Source of the DNA: Octopus vulgaris
Lineage: Eukaryota
Length of the DNA: 64,000 nt
Assembly (NCBI GenBank): GCA_951406725.2
Contig: OX597823.1
Coordinates: 18,414,001 to 18,478,000, forward strand
Direction: 5' to 3'
The position numbers and the translations under genes are program-made. How positions within the stretch are numbered: the stretch's first letter is position 1; each line of letters opens with the position of its first letter. The notes below the pieces were generated by a model. The model searched no databases, was not told where the DNA came from, and saw only the letters and a list, made by a program, of their open reading frames with translations. Positions 50,145 through 63,364 of this stretch are shown piece by piece.

Positions 50145-50550
50145 CTTTTACTCTTTTACTTGTTTCAGTCATTTGACTGTGGCCATGCTGGAGCACCGCC
50201 TTTAGTAGAGCAAATTGACCCCAGGACTTATTCTTTGGAAGCCTAGTATTTATTCTATCGGTCTCTTTTTGTTGAACCACTAAGTTACGGGGATGTAGAC
50301 ATACCAGCATCAGTTGAGGGGGACAAACACAGACACTAAAACATATACACACACATACATATATATACATTTATATACATACATACGACAGGCTTCTTTC
50401 AGTTTCCGTCTACCAAATCCACTCACAAGGCTTTGGTCGGCCCGAGGCTATAGTAGAAGACACTTGCCCAAGGTACCACATAGTGGGAATGAACCCGGAA
50501 CCATGTGGTTGGTAAGCAAGCTACTTACCACACAGCCACTCCTGCGCCTA
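50145..50550 (-). mobile_element. SINE family A copy
   Basis: Family A consensus match. Confidence 0.85.
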
Positions 50551-51519
50551 TGTACAATCTTATTTATTCATTTATTCATATAGAAGTATGTGTATATATA
50601 CACATACAGCTTTTATATATTTAGCTATAGGTGTACATACATACACAAACACAAACACACACACATTTGTAAGCAAATGCTTTATTGTTTTTAAAATATT
50701 CGAAAAAAATATTGTTCATTTCTAATAAGACTTTCTGGAGGCAATTTACTTTATTAATGCCTACAGCCTACCCTGAGTATTCCTGATGGTACAATATGAT
50801 TTCAGAAACATTTTGCTGCAATTTTCAGCAAGTTGTTTAACCACATCATATGCCCTAGATATTGCATGACAGAGATGAGAATTCAAGCTGAGTGAGATGT
50901 ACTGCAGCATTTCCTTCCATAAAAGTTATGAAACAGATTTCATAAATTTAGTTACTATAAGTATATTAACATTTTATCTTTTATAGTTTTTACATAATAT
51001 TGATTTATCTCATAATAGTCACAAATCAAAGGTTGCAATATCAGGAGAAAATATAGTAGAGTGCTTAGTGAATGTAAACACTGCCACATAGCTGGGTAGG
51101 GAAAAGAAGTCGGTAAGTAGTACCACCATAATTCTACAAAGTAGAATAGCAATAGACTAACATTTGACTAGATTTATATTGGTAAAAGATGTAAAAATTG
51201 GCAAAAAAAAAAAAACTCAAAACACCAATAAATTGCAGCTTTCAAACAAACATTCCCTGCAGTATTTGTTCCGCCTGATTTGGATAGGCACTCCCTTGTC
51301 ATTCTCAGCATTCAAAAGGTAGTGTGCAATGTACCAGTGATTAATCCATTGGAAACATGTAACCAACAATGTCCCAATTCACAAATTTGACATACATTTC
51401 AAAAAGTAAAATACGATGAAATATCTTCAATGAACACCATATGCCCATGGGCATATGGCGTAGTGGTTAAGAGCACAGGTTACTAACCCCAAGATACTGA
51501 GTTCAATTCAAAGCAGTGA

Positions 51520-51563
<44 letters not shown>

Positions 51564-51727
51564 GTAATAAATGGCTTCTTTCAGGTACTGTCTACCAAAT
51601 TTACTCACATGGCTTTGGTTGGCCCAGAGCTATAGTAGAAGATTCTTGCCCAAAATGCCATACTAAGGTGCTGGACCTGAAACCATATTGTTGGGAAGCA
51701 TATTTCCTAACCTCACAGTTGTGTGTA

Positions 51728-51761
<34 letters not shown>

Positions 51762-51779
51762 CATACATACATATATACA

Positions 51780-51852
<73 letters not shown>

Positions 51853-51932
51853 GACAAAACCACTATTTTGCAAAACAAACAAGGAAAGACTTAATCAATA
51901 CATAAAATTTTATATAAAAGTCAAAAAAACCG

Positions 51933-51975
51933 CCACTACAATTGTTTCTTGTCCTGATCGACAATCTTCAGGTGG
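51933..51975 (-). ncRNA. Identical hammerhead motif on the minus strand
   Basis: Exact reverse complement of 52049-52091. Confidence 0.78.
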
Positions 51976-52048
51976 ACTTCCAATTTTCAAGTCAGTTTCA
52001 AATTATAATTATAATTTATAATTTGAAACTGACTTGAAAATTGGAAGT

Positions 52049-52091
52049 CCACCTGAAGATTGTCGATCAGGACAAGAAACAATTGTAGTGG
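52049..52091 (+). ncRNA. Minimal type-I hammerhead ribozyme (intact core)
   Basis: ccac-CTGAAGA-ttgtc-gatcag-gacaa-GAAA-c-aatt-g-TA|gtgg: stem I 4 bp, stem II 5 bp, stem III with palindrome ACAATTGT, GUA cleavage after 52087. Confidence 0.8.
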
Positions 52092-52300
52092 CGGTTTTTT
52101 TGACTTTTTATTAAAATTTTATGTATTGATTAAGTCTTTCCTTGTTTGTTTTGCAAAATAGTGGTTTTGTCTCTAATAATATTATATAATATTTTACTAT
52201 AAAATTGGATTTAATCCTAAATCTGATTTTTATTCCTAAATAATTGGATTTATTCCTACATATATATATATATACATACATATATATATATACATACATA

Positions 52301-52341
<41 letters not shown>

Positions 52342-52435
52342 ATACATACATACATATATATAGATACATACATATATATAGATACATACATACATATATA
52401 TATAGATACATACATGCATATACATATAGATACAT

Positions 52436-52476
<41 letters not shown>

Positions 52477-52508
52477 TACATACATACATACATACATACA
52501 TACATACA

Positions 52509-52540
<32 letters not shown>

Positions 52541-52959
52541 CATATATATATATATATATATATGTATCAGGGATGTGCCTCCTGGGTAGGCAAGGTAGGC
52601 AGTGCCTACCCTGAATAAAATAGATTGATAGAAATATTTTCCTTTTATGGCAAAATATGCACCTAATTCAATAAAATTATGAAGGTTACTCTGATTACTA
52701 TGCATAAAATACAAAATATTTTATTTTTTTGATGATTAGGTAGGCATAATTCGCTCCTACTTTCCAATCTCAGTATTAAATCTACACATAGAACTGCTGT
52801 AGTACACATGCTGCATACATTCCTACAACATTTTCTTTATGTACTATAAAGGCAGAAGTAAATTTGCCTACAACTCAGGTGCACATCTGTGTTTCACCTA
52901 ATTTTTGTGTGTTTTACTCCATAAACATCACCAAGTGCCTACTCATGGCACGTGCCTCG

Positions 52960-53209
52960 TATATAAATATATATATACATACATACATATATATATATAT
53001 ATACATACATACATACATGCATACATACATATATATATACATACATACATACATGCATACATACATATATACATACATACATACATGCATACATACATAT
53101 ATACATACATACATGCATACATACATATATACATACATGCATACATACATATATACATACATATATACATACATACATGCATACATACATATATACATAC
53201 ATACATGCA

Positions 53210-53243
<34 letters not shown>

Positions 53244-53328
53244 CATACATACATGCATACATACATACATACATGTATACATACATATATACATACATAC
53301 ATGCATACATACATATATACATACATAT

Positions 53329-53359
<31 letters not shown>

Positions 53360-53565
53360 CATACATACATACATGCATACATACATACATGCATACATAC
53401 ATATATACATACATACATGCATACATACATATATACATACATACATGCATACATACATATATACATACATATATACATACATACATGCATACATACATAT
53501 ATACATACATGCATACATACATATATACATACATACATACATGCATACAAAGGCAAAGTTGATTT

Positions 53566-53600
<35 letters not shown>
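52960..53600. repeat. Compound (TACA)/(TATA)/(TGCA) tetranucleotide satellite
   Basis: Direct observation; source of the six long YIHT/VCMY ORFs. Confidence 0.95.
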
Positions 53601-53605
<5 letters not shown>

Positions 53606-54309
53606 CAAAGAATAACAAATTACAATTATTTGGTGTGTATACATTTTTTTGGGGACACCCTGTATATAAGAACAGAAGGAAGAGGAGATCAAATTGCTAG
53701 GTAATCCTTTCTACTGCTAAGTATGCATTAGGAATGGTCAGAGTTGGCTAGAATTACTTCAGAATGGTCCAAAATGCTGTGTTTGAAATCATATTTATTC
53801 CTGACCAATGATTGTCCTTCAGAATATTTGCCACCAAATAAATAGAACAGAACAAACAAACAACTACTCAATTATGAATGGTGTCTGTGTGCATATTTAA
53901 GTAACTATGCAATTAAATCTAGATCATGTTCTTGTTTAGCCTGAAACCAACCACATGACTCTAGAAATATTTTCAAAAGAAGTTTTAAGATTAAGCATTT
54001 GTAAAACTCATAAATTTCTGAGTCAGCACTGGTGAATCTGTGAATACAAATAAATCTCCACTCCCATTATCAATAAAAGTGTTTAAATCTTTGTCATGGA
54101 AAGGATATGGCTGAAACAAAAACTGGTACTTTATTTAACTGACTCTGAAAGGATAAAAGCCAAAGCTGACCTCGGCAGGATTTGAACTCAGAGTGCTCAA
54201 AGATGTAACTAAATGATGCAAAGCATTTTGTTCAATACTCCAATAATTTTGCCAATCCACCTCCCTAATTTCCTAAAGACAAACTAATACTTCTATTATA
54301 TTGGTGTTA

Positions 54310-54695
54310 GTGGAGGTGCAATGGCCCAGTGGTTAGGGCAGCGGACTCGCAGTCGTAGGATCGCGGTTTCGATTCCCAGACCGGGTGTTGTGAGTGTTTA
54401 TTGAGCAAAAACACCTAAAGCTCCACGAGGCTCCGGCAGGGGATGGTGGTGATCCCTGCTGTACTCTTTCACCACAACTTTCTCTCACTCTTACTTCCTG
54501 TTTCTTTCTGTTGTACCTGTATTTCAAAGGGCCGGCCTTGTCACTCTCTGTGTCACGCTGAATATCCCCGAGAACTATGTTAAGGGTACACGTGTCTGTG
54601 GAGTGCTCAGCCACTTACACATTAATTTCACGAGCAGGTTGTTCCGTTGATTGGATCAACCGGAACCCTCATCGTCGTAACCGACGGAGTGCTTC
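54310..54695 (+). mobile_element. tRNA-derived SINE family F, full length (partial copy at 48845-49045)
   Basis: TGGCCCAGTGG A-box and GTTTCGATTCC B-box; body shared with 48845; tail shared with the 33400 element. Confidence 0.8.
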
Positions 54696-54919
54696 CAAAT
54701 ATTGGTGTTATTGCTGTGGTTACGTGCTAGCATTGTCGACATCCTCATTTAATGCCCATGTTCCATGCTGGCATGGGTTGGGCAGTTTGACAAGCTCTGT
54801 TGGGTATGAAAATTGCATGGTTGATCCATGCAAAAAGCTGATGAAAGAACTTCAACATGCTAGAAACAGCACAAAAATTACACTGTACCAAAAAAAAAAA
54901 AGGAAGGACATTAAATAAT

Positions 54920-55104
54920 GTACAGTTCTATATTTAAGAGATGAGGAATTAATTACATTATTTACATTTGACAGATATTTGTCCTAATCTTGTTTGTTGT
55001 TAACACAACGTTTCAACTGATATACCCCCAGCCTCCATCAGGTGTCTTGGGGAAATTTTGAACCTGGATTCTTATTCCCAAGGTATCTTTTAATGTTGTT
55101 GTTA

Positions 55105-55147
<43 letters not shown>

Positions 55148-55340
55148 CATCATTATTTTTCAGGTTACTGCCTGAAATCGAACTCAGTATCTTGGGGTTA
55201 GTAGCTCGTGCTCTTAACCACTACGCCATTCTCATTTAACGTCCATGTTCCATGCTGGCATGGGTTGAACAGTTTGACCGGATTTGAAAGGGCCAAAAGG
55301 CTACTAACCCCAAGATTCCAAGTTCAATTCCAGGCAGTGA

Positions 55341-55375
<35 letters not shown>

Positions 55376-55548
55376 GCAACAACAACAACAACAACAACAA
55401 CAACATCGAAAAATACCTAGGAATGAGAACCCAGGTTCAAAATTTCCCCAAGACACCTGATGAAGGCTGGCGGGTATATTCAGCCGAAACATTGTGTTAA
55501 CAACAAACAAGATGAGGACAAATATCTGTCAATTGTAAATAATGTATT
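54920..55548. mobile_element. Inverted pair of HHR-SINEs (minus 54920-55229, plus 55298-55548)
   Basis: Plus copy HHR 55452-55498: gacac-CTGATGA-a-ggctg...cagcc-GAAA-catt-gtgtt. Minus copy retains GAAACGTT. Confidence 0.82.
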
Positions 55549-55923
55549 AAATAATGTAGTTATAGATACATAATGTCTTCATTTTCTTTCTGCCCATGAT
55601 TTTCTGAAATCATTAACTTGCAGACTATTCAAGATGAGCATTGAATACATTGTTGATCTCACTAGTCTCAGAAACATTGAAAAGACCATAAACAGCTCTT
55701 CTTTCAAACCAAAACATAATGAAAAATGTATTTAAAAAAATAACAGAATGCTTAACCAGAGCTGAGCAAGAGACAAAATAATGGGTATTGCACTATAAAC
55801 CAAATAATTCTGCAAACTTGAAATAAAGGCACCACAGGATCTAAATACTTTTATAATCTGCTTAATTATTGTCACAAACTATCTTCCAGTAAACCTCCTT
55901 TCTATTATTATCTTTAAAATGGG

Positions 55924-56058
<135 letters not shown>

Positions 56059-57341
56059 ATGGTATCAACACTCATTGTTCCTTCTCCTCCCACTCACAGC
56101 TGTTATCTTTATGTGACCAAGACACATAATACTAACCCTGAACTGTTTTTATAAACAAACGCTGCAAAAATAACCTTTATTAGGGACATGACAATCTCTA
56201 TTTCTTCATCCTCATTTAACGCCCATGTTCCATGCTGGCATGGGTTGAACAGTTTGACAGGATTTAAAAGGGCCAAAAGTTGTATCATGTTTCAAAGTCT
56301 GCTTTGGCATGGTTCCTACAACTGGATACCCTGCATGGTATTTGAACTTAAAATCCATGGACTAACAATATAATATTTTTTTTCCTGATTTACATGTCAT
56401 CTTAGATAAAATTTCAAGCCTTGAGCCTATAGTAGAAAGGATTGTTATTATTGTCACTATCACCCCTGGGTCAGTGGATTGGTTTGTGCCAAATTGTTAA
56501 AAAATAAAGTTTTAATTCCCATTTATAGAGTAAGAAATAGATTATTTTGTTATAATGCCAGAATAATATGAAAGAGACATTGCCCATGAGAGACATCAAC
56601 TGTGATTTCTTTGGCACAAAGTCACAAATTTGGTAGGGGATAGAAATAATCAATTATATTCTTCCTTCCCTGCTGTTGTTTACTGGTACTTTATCATTAT
56701 CAAACCCTGCAAAATGAAAAACAAAATGGACCCAAGCAGGGATCGAATACTAAGCATAAAGGAATCTGACTAAATACCACATTACTGACCAAATCTGCTC
56801 ATCATCATCATCATCATCATCAACAATCCCTGGACATTACTGTCTTGAATCCTAGGCTGGTCACCTGGTTTCCATGGCATATAAATCACAACATTACCTC
56901 TGAGTGAGACACCAGTCCATCATAAACTCATTTATTTGTAGCTGAATGGACTGGAACAGTGTGATATGAACTGCTTTGCTCAAGAACACAACACACTGCC
57001 TAGTTCAAGAATCGAACCCATGACCTTGCAATCATGAATGCAACACCCTAACCACTATCCATGTGCCTTCACAACTCTGCTAACCCACCATCCTTAGCCC
57101 TTTCAATACCAGCCTGGCTGAAACTGCCTCTGGCTCTGTAATACAAATGTCTTATTTTTGTAAGTTCTGAATCAAAATCTTCTACCAAACTTTAGTCACA
57201 ATTTATGTTCCTAACATTAGCTTAATGATAACCAAGTTATTTTACTAAATTCTTTCTTATATTTAAAAATTAATTGAAAGAGACACAGAGCATCTCAAAA
57301 TAAAGACAGTAATGAAAGGGTTAAACTAACTGGCCCTAGTC

Positions 57342-57687
57342 TTGGGTTGTCTGGAAAGTTTGTGCCAATTTATAGTAGTCTTCTCTTCTTGTCTTGAGAC
57401 AGCATTCACCCAGGGTGGGTTGAACTGGCTAGATTCATCCTCTCTGCAGAAAAGTCTTAATGGTAAAAATTTTAATTCCTTGGATGACGTAAAAAGATAC
57501 CTTGATGAATTCTTTGCCATGAAACGACCTCAATTCTGGGAAGAGGGTATTTTCAAGTTAAGGGAAAGATGGAGATGCATTGTGCAACAAAATGGTTCAT
57601 ATTTGGTTGATTATAAATGTAATGGCAGGTATTTATTGACCTTTTTCTTTCCTTTAAAAATCGGCACGAACTTTCCGGAAAACCCAA
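57342..57687 (+). mobile_element. Internally deleted mariner transposon
   Basis: SLQKSLNGKNFNSLDDVKRYLDEFFAMKRPQFWEEGIFKLRERWRCIVQQNGSYL is a mariner transposase C-terminus. TIRs ttgggttgtctggaaagtttgtgccaattt / aaatcggcacgaactttccggaaaacccaa, TA on the right flank. Confidence 0.88.
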
Positions 57688-59094
57688 TATAAGAGTGGTC
57701 TGAGCACTCTCCGACTTATTGCTTTTCTATTTGTACTATAACGCTAACTTTTATGAAGTACAAAAACCTTAGCCTTCTTTTTCAGTCACCTATTATCCGC
57801 ACAGTCAATTAACCTCAATATCATTCATACACAAAAGGTAACTATTTAGGTTCTAAATTAGTCTGTGTTCACTTTCTTTAACTTCATTCCTAAGATACAC
57901 ATTAGAATCAACAACACCCAGAAGTAATATAGAAAAAGACAAATTAGTTTACATAGTTATTATACAGATTAAATACATTTAAATCTTGTGATTAGTATTA
58001 TGATGGAAAAACACAAATGTATACACACAGAAATATGTACTGGCAGGAAATTAAAACCTGGTTAGGTAAACAGAGAGAGTAACTAACAAAACAGGCCTTA
58101 CAAGATTTCAAAGAAGTTGTATAGCCAAAGGGCTTATAATATAACAAAACAAAAAAAAGAGAAAATGGCTTCTTGGTGTGGATAGAGACAGAGAGAGAGA
58201 AAGGAGAGTGGTAAGAGAGGAGGAAATAAGAGAGAAAGGCCAGAGAGAAAGAGAGGAGAGTGGAGACGGGTTTTTGGGGTTTGTAAAAACACAACAAAGT
58301 ATTTTTAAGGGAGAATGCAAAACTTGTTTTGCAACACTTTGTAACCCCGAAATGATAGAATTATTAAAAGAAAAGATTTAGAGGAGAGGTTTTTAAGAAA
58401 AACAAACACACCATAGCTATGGCATACGTCTTTGTATCAAATAATGTTTTAGTTTACAAAGAGAGAAGTAAAATAGTCAAGTGGGTAGAGTTTTAGGTGG
58501 ATAGCTCAAAGGTTAGAAGTTCTAAGACACTGCAGGCATTGTGTGTTGTGTTTCTAAGCAGTACACTTTGTTATAAATTGCTTCAAATCACCCACGTGTT
58601 TGTTAGAGAGGAAGACTAAGTTTTGGCTTGCTTTTTCAAGTCTCTATCCACCCTCAAGCTGGAAATTTCCTGCCAGACTATTCTATAGCAGCAACAGAAC
58701 ATTTGACAACTCACATTCTATCACATCTCGTATGCTTACTTATACGGCTTCTTCTGTGCAATACTAAAATAATGACCTACTTGCTGTTACTTCTAATCAC
58801 ACAAAACAAGAAGCCATTTTGTTTTTCTTCAATATTAGCCATTTAACTGTAGTAATTAAATGAAACTTGGTAATATTTGTTTTGTCAGTTGCCTTCAGTT
58901 TACTCCAAACAAATTCCTTTATTCTTCAAATTTCCACACACAGATGTCATCTACAAGTAACCTACACACTTCCAACCAAACATAAAGAGAGACCTCGAAA
59001 ACAACATATAACAAGAACATGACAACCTCATCTTCTTCAACAAAACAAGGATATAATTGACTACACATCACAAACATAGTTTTGTACAATACCC

Positions 59095-59385
59095 TATCTA
59101 TCTATCTATCCGCTCAGTTGAAGTCGACTCTCGGTTACTCGTTGGATCAGTGTCCTCCAGTCAGTTCTATCCTGGGCCGCTTCTTTCAGATTGGCTATGT
59201 CCATTCCGGTATCACTCTTGATGGTGTCAAGCCAGCGGGTTCTTGGTCAGCCTCTTCCTCTCTTGCCACTGACCATTCCGAGCATGATGTCCTTCTCCAG
59301 GGATTTTCTCTGCATAATATGACCAAAATATGCCAATCTATGCTTGGTGATCCTAGCTTCTAGCGACATTTTCGGCCTGATCTAG
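59095..59385 (-). mobile_element. RTE-clade LINE 3' fragment
   Basis: Minus strand reads SLEKDIMLGMVSGKRGRG*PRTRWLDTIKSDTGMDIANLKEAAQDRTDWRTLIQRVTESRLQLSG*, followed by a (TAGA)n tail. Confidence 0.85.
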
Positions 59386-60456
59386 GGTTGCTCAAAGTTG
59401 CTCAAATGCTAGGCTCATAATCTCTAATGCTTCCTCAGGATAACCTCACATTGCTAATCTATTGAAGCTATTTGCTCCCTACAGAACATTAGCCATCAAC
59501 AACTTCTCTCCACTGTCCTTGACTCTGGACTGTCACCTCTGCTTCTCTCCAGCTGGATCCTGGCTTTTTCATCTTTGCCGTAGTATATCACCTCTAGCAA
59601 TATTTTGGGATTCATATGTTTCCCTGAGGAAAAGTTTCCCTCTGCTAGGTCCTGTTGATTTTGAACTGTCGTCTGTAACTTTGCCTTTTTTTCTAGGCAG
59701 AAGTGTTAGCCCTATACAAACCCCTTTTTACCTTTGGAAGGAGATGGTCACTATTTGACCTGTTCAGCATAGGAGGCCATTCCAGGAGTCATGTTCCACT
59801 GGCACAGTTCTTAGGGTCATTGAGGCACACAAGCCACCATACCATAACAAGAACTGGACATCTTGTGGTGGCCACATTGCTAATCTTCATTACAGAGACT
59901 AAGAAACTTTGCTATATCCAAAAAGTAGTTTGCCTCTGATCAGTAGCTGCTTACCCACTAAAAAGCTCATGTCTGATACACAGAAGCATTGCTTATAAAT
60001 ATGGGACAGTGCTGTCGCTGCAAAACACACACTAACACAACAAACCTCTAAGACTACATTTAGCCTTTTAGCATTCAAACCAGCCATATCCAGCCAAAAC
60101 TATTCTACCTAATTTATGTTCAAAACAGCCAGATCCAGCCTCTCACACTACCCTACAATGTCATTCTACGAATAAACAATCATACCATCGGAATCTTGAA
60201 TCTATGAGATAATGCATGATTAATTCAAAACAAAGTGAATAAATAAGCATTACATTTGATGGAGCAATTTGAATGCTAAAGGGTTTACATAGGCACAGGA
60301 GTGGCTGTGTATGTAGCTTAGCCCCAGACTAGGGAGAACAAATGCTTTCAGTTGGTTGGGTCAGAAGCGACATGTGACTTGGTAGTACAGACTAGAGGCT
60401 GTTGTAGCATCAGGGAAGAGAAAGAGAAGAAATAATGTGTCTGAGCTATGGTTGCA

Positions 60457-60815
60457 CTCTTTTATTCTTTTATCTTTTACTTGTTTAAGTCATTTGACCA
60501 TGCTGGAGCACCACCTTTAGTCGAGCAAATCGAACCCCAGGACTTATTCTTTATAAGCCTAGTACTTATTCTATTGGTCTCTTTTGCCAAACCGCTAAGT
60601 TACAGGGATGTAAACACACCAGTAACGGTTGTCAAGCAATGCTGGGGAGACAAACACAGACACAAACATATACACACACATACATATATATATATACATA
60701 TACGATGGGCTTCTGTCAGTTTTTTTCTACCAAATCCACTCACAAGACTTTGGTCGGCCCAAGGCTATAGTAAAAGACACTTGCCCAAAGTGCCACACAG
60801 TGGGACTGAACCCAT
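60457..60815 (-). mobile_element. SINE family A copy
   Basis: Family A consensus match. Confidence 0.8.
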
Positions 60816-61172
60816 AGCTATTTGCAGGCAGTTTACTTAGTAACCATGTAGTTTGGTGTTCCATCTCACAATGTGGTACCTCAGGCAAGTATCTTCAAAC
60901 CATAGCCTCTTGCAGACCAATGCTTTATGTGTGAAACAGGGAGACAGAAACTGTAAGGGAACTGTGTATGTGAGAGAGTGAGAGAGAGAATGCGTCCTTC
61001 CAGCATTCTATGACTGGTGGTGATGTCATATTTACATCTCTTGTAAGCATCCAGCCACTCAGCAGTTTCAATGAGTGAACACCAGAGGAACACAAATCTC
61101 TTGCTTGTAAAACAGATAAAGGTGGGTGACAGGAAGAGCATCGGCCCACAGGAATTACTGACTTAACCCATA

Positions 61173-61578
61173 TACTCTTTTACTCTTTTACTTGTTTCAG
61201 TCAGTTGACTGCAGCCATGCTGGAGCACCGCCTTTAGTCGAGCAAATCAACCCCGGGACTTATTCTTTGTAAGCCCAGTACTTATTCTATCGTTCTCTTT
61301 TGCCGAACCGCTAAGTGACGGGGATGTAAACACACCAGCATTGGTTGTCAAGCAATGCTAGGGGGACAAACAGACACACAAACACACACATACATATATA
61401 AATATACATATATACGACAGGCTTCTTTCAGTTTCCGTCGACCAAATCCACTCACAAGGCATTGGTCGGCCCGGGGCTATAGCAGAAGACACTTGCCCAA
61501 GATGCCACGCAGTGGGACTGAACCCGGAACCATGTGGTTGGTTAGCAAGCTACTTACCACACAGCCACTCCTGCGCCT
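61173..61578 (-). mobile_element. SINE family A copy
   Basis: Family A consensus match. Confidence 0.85.
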
Positions 61579-61829
61579 TTTTTATATGTCCATAAAAAAA
61601 ATGAAGTCTTAAAATTTCTCTGTATTTAGATTAAACATTATGGTAAGCTTTCACAATCTGGAAGAGAAGGACAGTATGCAACTGTTAGCTACGGGTGTCG
61701 ACTACCTATTGAATATTCCATATGTTCAGTCAATTTCTTTATTAACCATGAGGTTGAGAAAAAGAGGGGACGATACAAGGACAGACAAAACAAACATTGG
61801 GGTCAGGGTATCGAATGAGACGAAACGTA

Positions 61830-62332
61830 TGAATAAACATACGATCTGGTCATCAAATCTAAGTAGAGACTTCAAACTTGAATTCTTCAAAGCCACAGTC
61901 GAACCAATTCTACTATATGGCTCAGAAACCTGGACGTTATCAAAGAAGCTTGAGAGGCGGTTGGATGGAACCTACACTCGCCTCCTTATGAGAGATCAAA
62001 ATCTCTCGTGAAAACGTCATCCAACCAAAATGCAAATATATGGGAAACTACCACCTGTGTCATCTCTTGTGAAAGGTAGGAGAGTCCAGTTTGCTGGACA
62101 TTGTTGTAGAGCTGAAAACGAGGTAATTTCTACTCTTCTCCTCTGGAAGCCATCTACTCGCGATACCAGAGGGCGCACACTCTCCTACCCTGATGTAATC
62201 TCTAGGGATACAGGCATCCAGCAACAGGGCCTCCGTAATGCTATGATGGACCATGAAGTCTGGCGTAGCACGGTAAATTCCATTGTCTCGACCATGGTCG
62301 AACAATGATGATGATGATGATGATGATGATGA
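61830..62332 (+). mobile_element. RTE/RTE-X-like LINE 3' fragment
   Basis: IWSSNLSRDFKLEFFKATVEPILLYGSETWTL...RRVQFAGHCCR...AMMDHEVWRSTVNSIVSTMVEQ* (LLYGSETW, xAGH motifs), one in-frame stop at ~62009, (TGA)n tail. Confidence 0.85.
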
Positions 62333-62339
62333 ATAAACA

Positions 62340-62760
62340 ATTAAAATATATACAATTAAATGAGAATGAGTAATTTACAAAAAAAATGAAGCGGAGGACG
62401 CGGTCGACCCCACAAACCACATACTCACACTGAAGACTTTGCTTTCTCCTTTTTATATTCTCATTTAAACAGTTTCTTTCACTTGCAACATACTTGCTGT
62501 AGACTTCCATCTTTTACTAAACACACTTTGCGACAGGCATTTCTTCTCCAGCCTTATTTTCCGTTTCATGTGGAAAACGAAAAATTCGATTAGCTTGAGA
62601 CTGGAGATGAACATGCCTGTGGCAATTCCTTTCACTCTCATCTTCCATACTACCTCTTTCGCAACAGCAACTACCCAGAGAAAACAGGCTCGCCCCTCCC
62701 TATTCAAGGAGGTCGTATGTTCAGTCAGCTGTTTCCAGGCGAGTTCATGTCCAAACAAGT
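62340..62760 (-). mobile_element. Probable L1/Tx1-like LINE 3' fragment
   Basis: ORF 62465..62758 with VAVAKEVVWKMR (AKxxxWxxR motif) followed by a T-rich 3'UTR. Confidence 0.5.
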
Positions 62761-62907
62761 AGAAGCAGGTTTTGCATTATGAAAACACAACCAGGGGTAT
62801 ATACGGGGGTTTTAAATAAAATTCATCTAACCCAAGGTAGCATGGAAAAAGAGAATGCAAAAAACAAAAAAACATGGCAGTGATGGAGGTGGTAGTGGGG
62901 ATGGTGG

Positions 62908-63300
62908 TTAGCATGCCGGGCGAAAAGCGTAGCCGAATTTCATCTGCTGCTACGTCCCGAGTTCAAATTCCGCCGAGGTCGACTTTGCCTTTCATCCTTT
63001 CAGGGTTAATAGATTAAGTACCAGTTATGCACTGGGGACGATGTAATCGACTTAATCCGTTTGTCTGTCCTTGTTTGTCCCGTCTGTGTTTAGCCCCTTG
63101 TGGGTAGTAAAGAAAGAGGTATTTCGTCTGCCGCTACGTTCTGAGTTCAAATTCCGCCGAGGTTGACTTTGCCTTTCATCCTTTCATGGTCAATAGATTA
63201 AGTACCAGTTACGCACTGGGGTCGATGTAATCGACTTAATCCGTTTGTCTGTCCTTGTTTGTCCCCTCTGTGTTTAGCCCCTTGTGGGTAGTAAAGAAAG
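62908..63300 (+). mobile_element. Two tandem SINE family B copies
   Basis: Family B body repeated at 62935-63118 and 63119-63300. Confidence 0.8.
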
Positions 63301-63333
63301 AGGTGGTGGTGGTGGTGGTGATGTGATACATAA

Positions 63334-63364
<31 letters not shown>

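Larger units (their letters stand above)
51847..52260. mobile_element. Palindromic Penelope-like pLTR fragment inserted in a (TA)/(TACA) microsatellite
   Basis: Near-perfect inverted repeat 51847-52177 (~165-bp arms). Right arm extends to 52260. An HHR lies in each arm. Confidence 0.75.

Noticed and set aside
52864-53618. Long (141-236 aa) ORFs on both strands
   Set aside because: Stop-free translations of a TACA/TATA/TGCA satellite.
54310-54385. tRNA gene (also the heads at 41342, 48850 and 51449)
   Set aside because: A/B boxes run directly into SINE bodies; no complete cloverleaf or terminator.
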